Shown: positions 62,976 to 64,000 of the stretch, one piece after another | How positions within the stretch are numbered: the stretch's first letter is position 1 | How the letters are laid out: each line of letters starts with the position of its first letter | From: Chrysemys picta bellii | Taxonomy: Eukaryota | NCBI RefSeq assembly: GCF_011386835.1 | Contig: NC_088804.1 | Location: 42,718,001-42,782,000 of the forward strand | Direction of reading: 5' to 3' | DNA length: 64,000 nt | The notes under the pieces: model-generated | Database searches by the model: none | Told to the model about the DNA's origin: nothing | Seen by the model: the letters and a program-made list of their open reading frames with translations, nothing else | Position numbers and translations under genes: made by a program

Positions 62976-63185
62976 AGACAAGGTGTCTGAGGTAATATCT
63001 TTTACTAGACCAACTTCTGTTGGCGAAAGAGACAAGCTTTCAAGCTACACAGAGCTCTGCTTCAGGTCTGGGGAAAACTTGTTCCTCTCAGGAACAGAAG
63101 TTGGTTCAGTAAAAGAGATCACCTCCCCTAACTTGTCTCTCTAATACCCTGGGACCAACATGGCTACAACAACACCGCAAATAAT
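62976..63185. mobile_element. Second Penelope-like family fragment with inverted repeats and a decayed hammerhead
   Basis: AGACAAGG...CCAACTTCTGTT inverted against AACAGAAGTTGG...CTTGTCT; TSD ATACTAAGT(T/A)GTG (62963-62975 / 63186-63198); on - at 63030-63069 AGAC-CTGAAGC-A-GAGCT-CTGTGT-AGCTT-GAAA-GCTT-GTCT. Confidence 0.7.
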
Positions 63186-64000
63186 ATACTAAGTAGTGTC
63201 AGGGTAGGTCAATATTTTGAAGGCAGATCTCCAAGCAGAACCCAGGTTTTAAAGAAGCCGATGCTGGTGGTTCAACATGAGTATCTGTCATGTTGTTCAC
63301 TTCCAAGAGGTGGGTGTATTTCTCTGACTGGGAGGGGAGTTATCCCTGTGTATAGTCTGCGGTTCCCCTGCATTCTTTGGGGTGAGCAGGGTTATGTGAT
63401 AACTCATGTTGCTATTGACTTGGATTCTTGAAACGTTTTAAGGTATAGGTTGCTCCTAACAGTGTTTGGAGTCAGTAATTCAGCAGAACAAAAAATGTTA
63501 ATAAATTGTCAGCTGTGTTTTTGTCCCACCTCAAAATAAAACCTCAGCTGCCATGCCACCCCCACCCGCCCTGAGCTTCTGGCTTCTACATAGCAATGCA
63601 CTTATCACCTCTTTCTGAACTAATGCTAAAACAGAAGCACTTCACTGAAAAAGCACCATCTTCCTTTTCAGCACTGTTTGTACTCTGTGTAAGCTTGGCT
63701 TGGGTTTACCACTAGCTGAAAATGTCCATTTACACACACCTGCTATGTGGCCATAACATTATTAAGAATATGAGCAGGATGTTTGATCTCCAGGACATGA
63801 TGACTAAAAAACTAGTGGACTCTACGGGCTATGTGATAGGAGACAGAATGACAACTCATCAGCCTTTTTGGGTTCTTCCATTTTGCAGCATCTGAGATAT
63901 TGGAGGGTGTGTGTGTGTGTGTTTGTCTTTGTCTTTCCAGGATTTACAAAGTAAGCCAAGATACATTTTTATTGTTTAAATACAGCAAAATGATACTTTA

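Overview
Vertebrate genomic DNA, most likely a turtle (inferred from CR1 LINEs with (TTCTTATG)n tails, a tRNA-headed SINE with a CR1-like tail, and the hAT, LTR and Penelope-like families seen). It is the gene cluster syntenic to human 16q22.1: [probable SNTB2 3' end] - VPS4A(+) - PDF(-) - COG8(-) - NIP7(+) - TMED6(-) - TERF2(-) - CYB5B(+, exon 1 only). I traced all coding exons of six complete genes by hand; each gene model has GT-AG introns and an intact frame. Main points of interest: (1) a CR1 LINE inserted exactly at the VPS4A intron 5/exon 6 boundary, so its 3' tail now forms the splice acceptor of the Walker-A exon, while the apparent ancestral acceptor is stranded 1.24 kb upstream in front of a stop codon; (2) Penelope-like insertions with minimal hammerhead ribozyme motifs, one inside a 106-bp near-perfect palindrome; (3) a 5 x 14-aa coding tandem repeat in the TRF2 hinge; (4) an ATG-AAA-TGA micro-uORF overlapping the VPS4A start codon; (5) an RTE LINE with a twin-priming 5' inversion, a decayed tyrosine-recombinase element, an AmnSINE1, and an exact 25-bp duplication flanking CYB5B exon 1. 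Gene and repeat names come from recalled homology; no database search was run.
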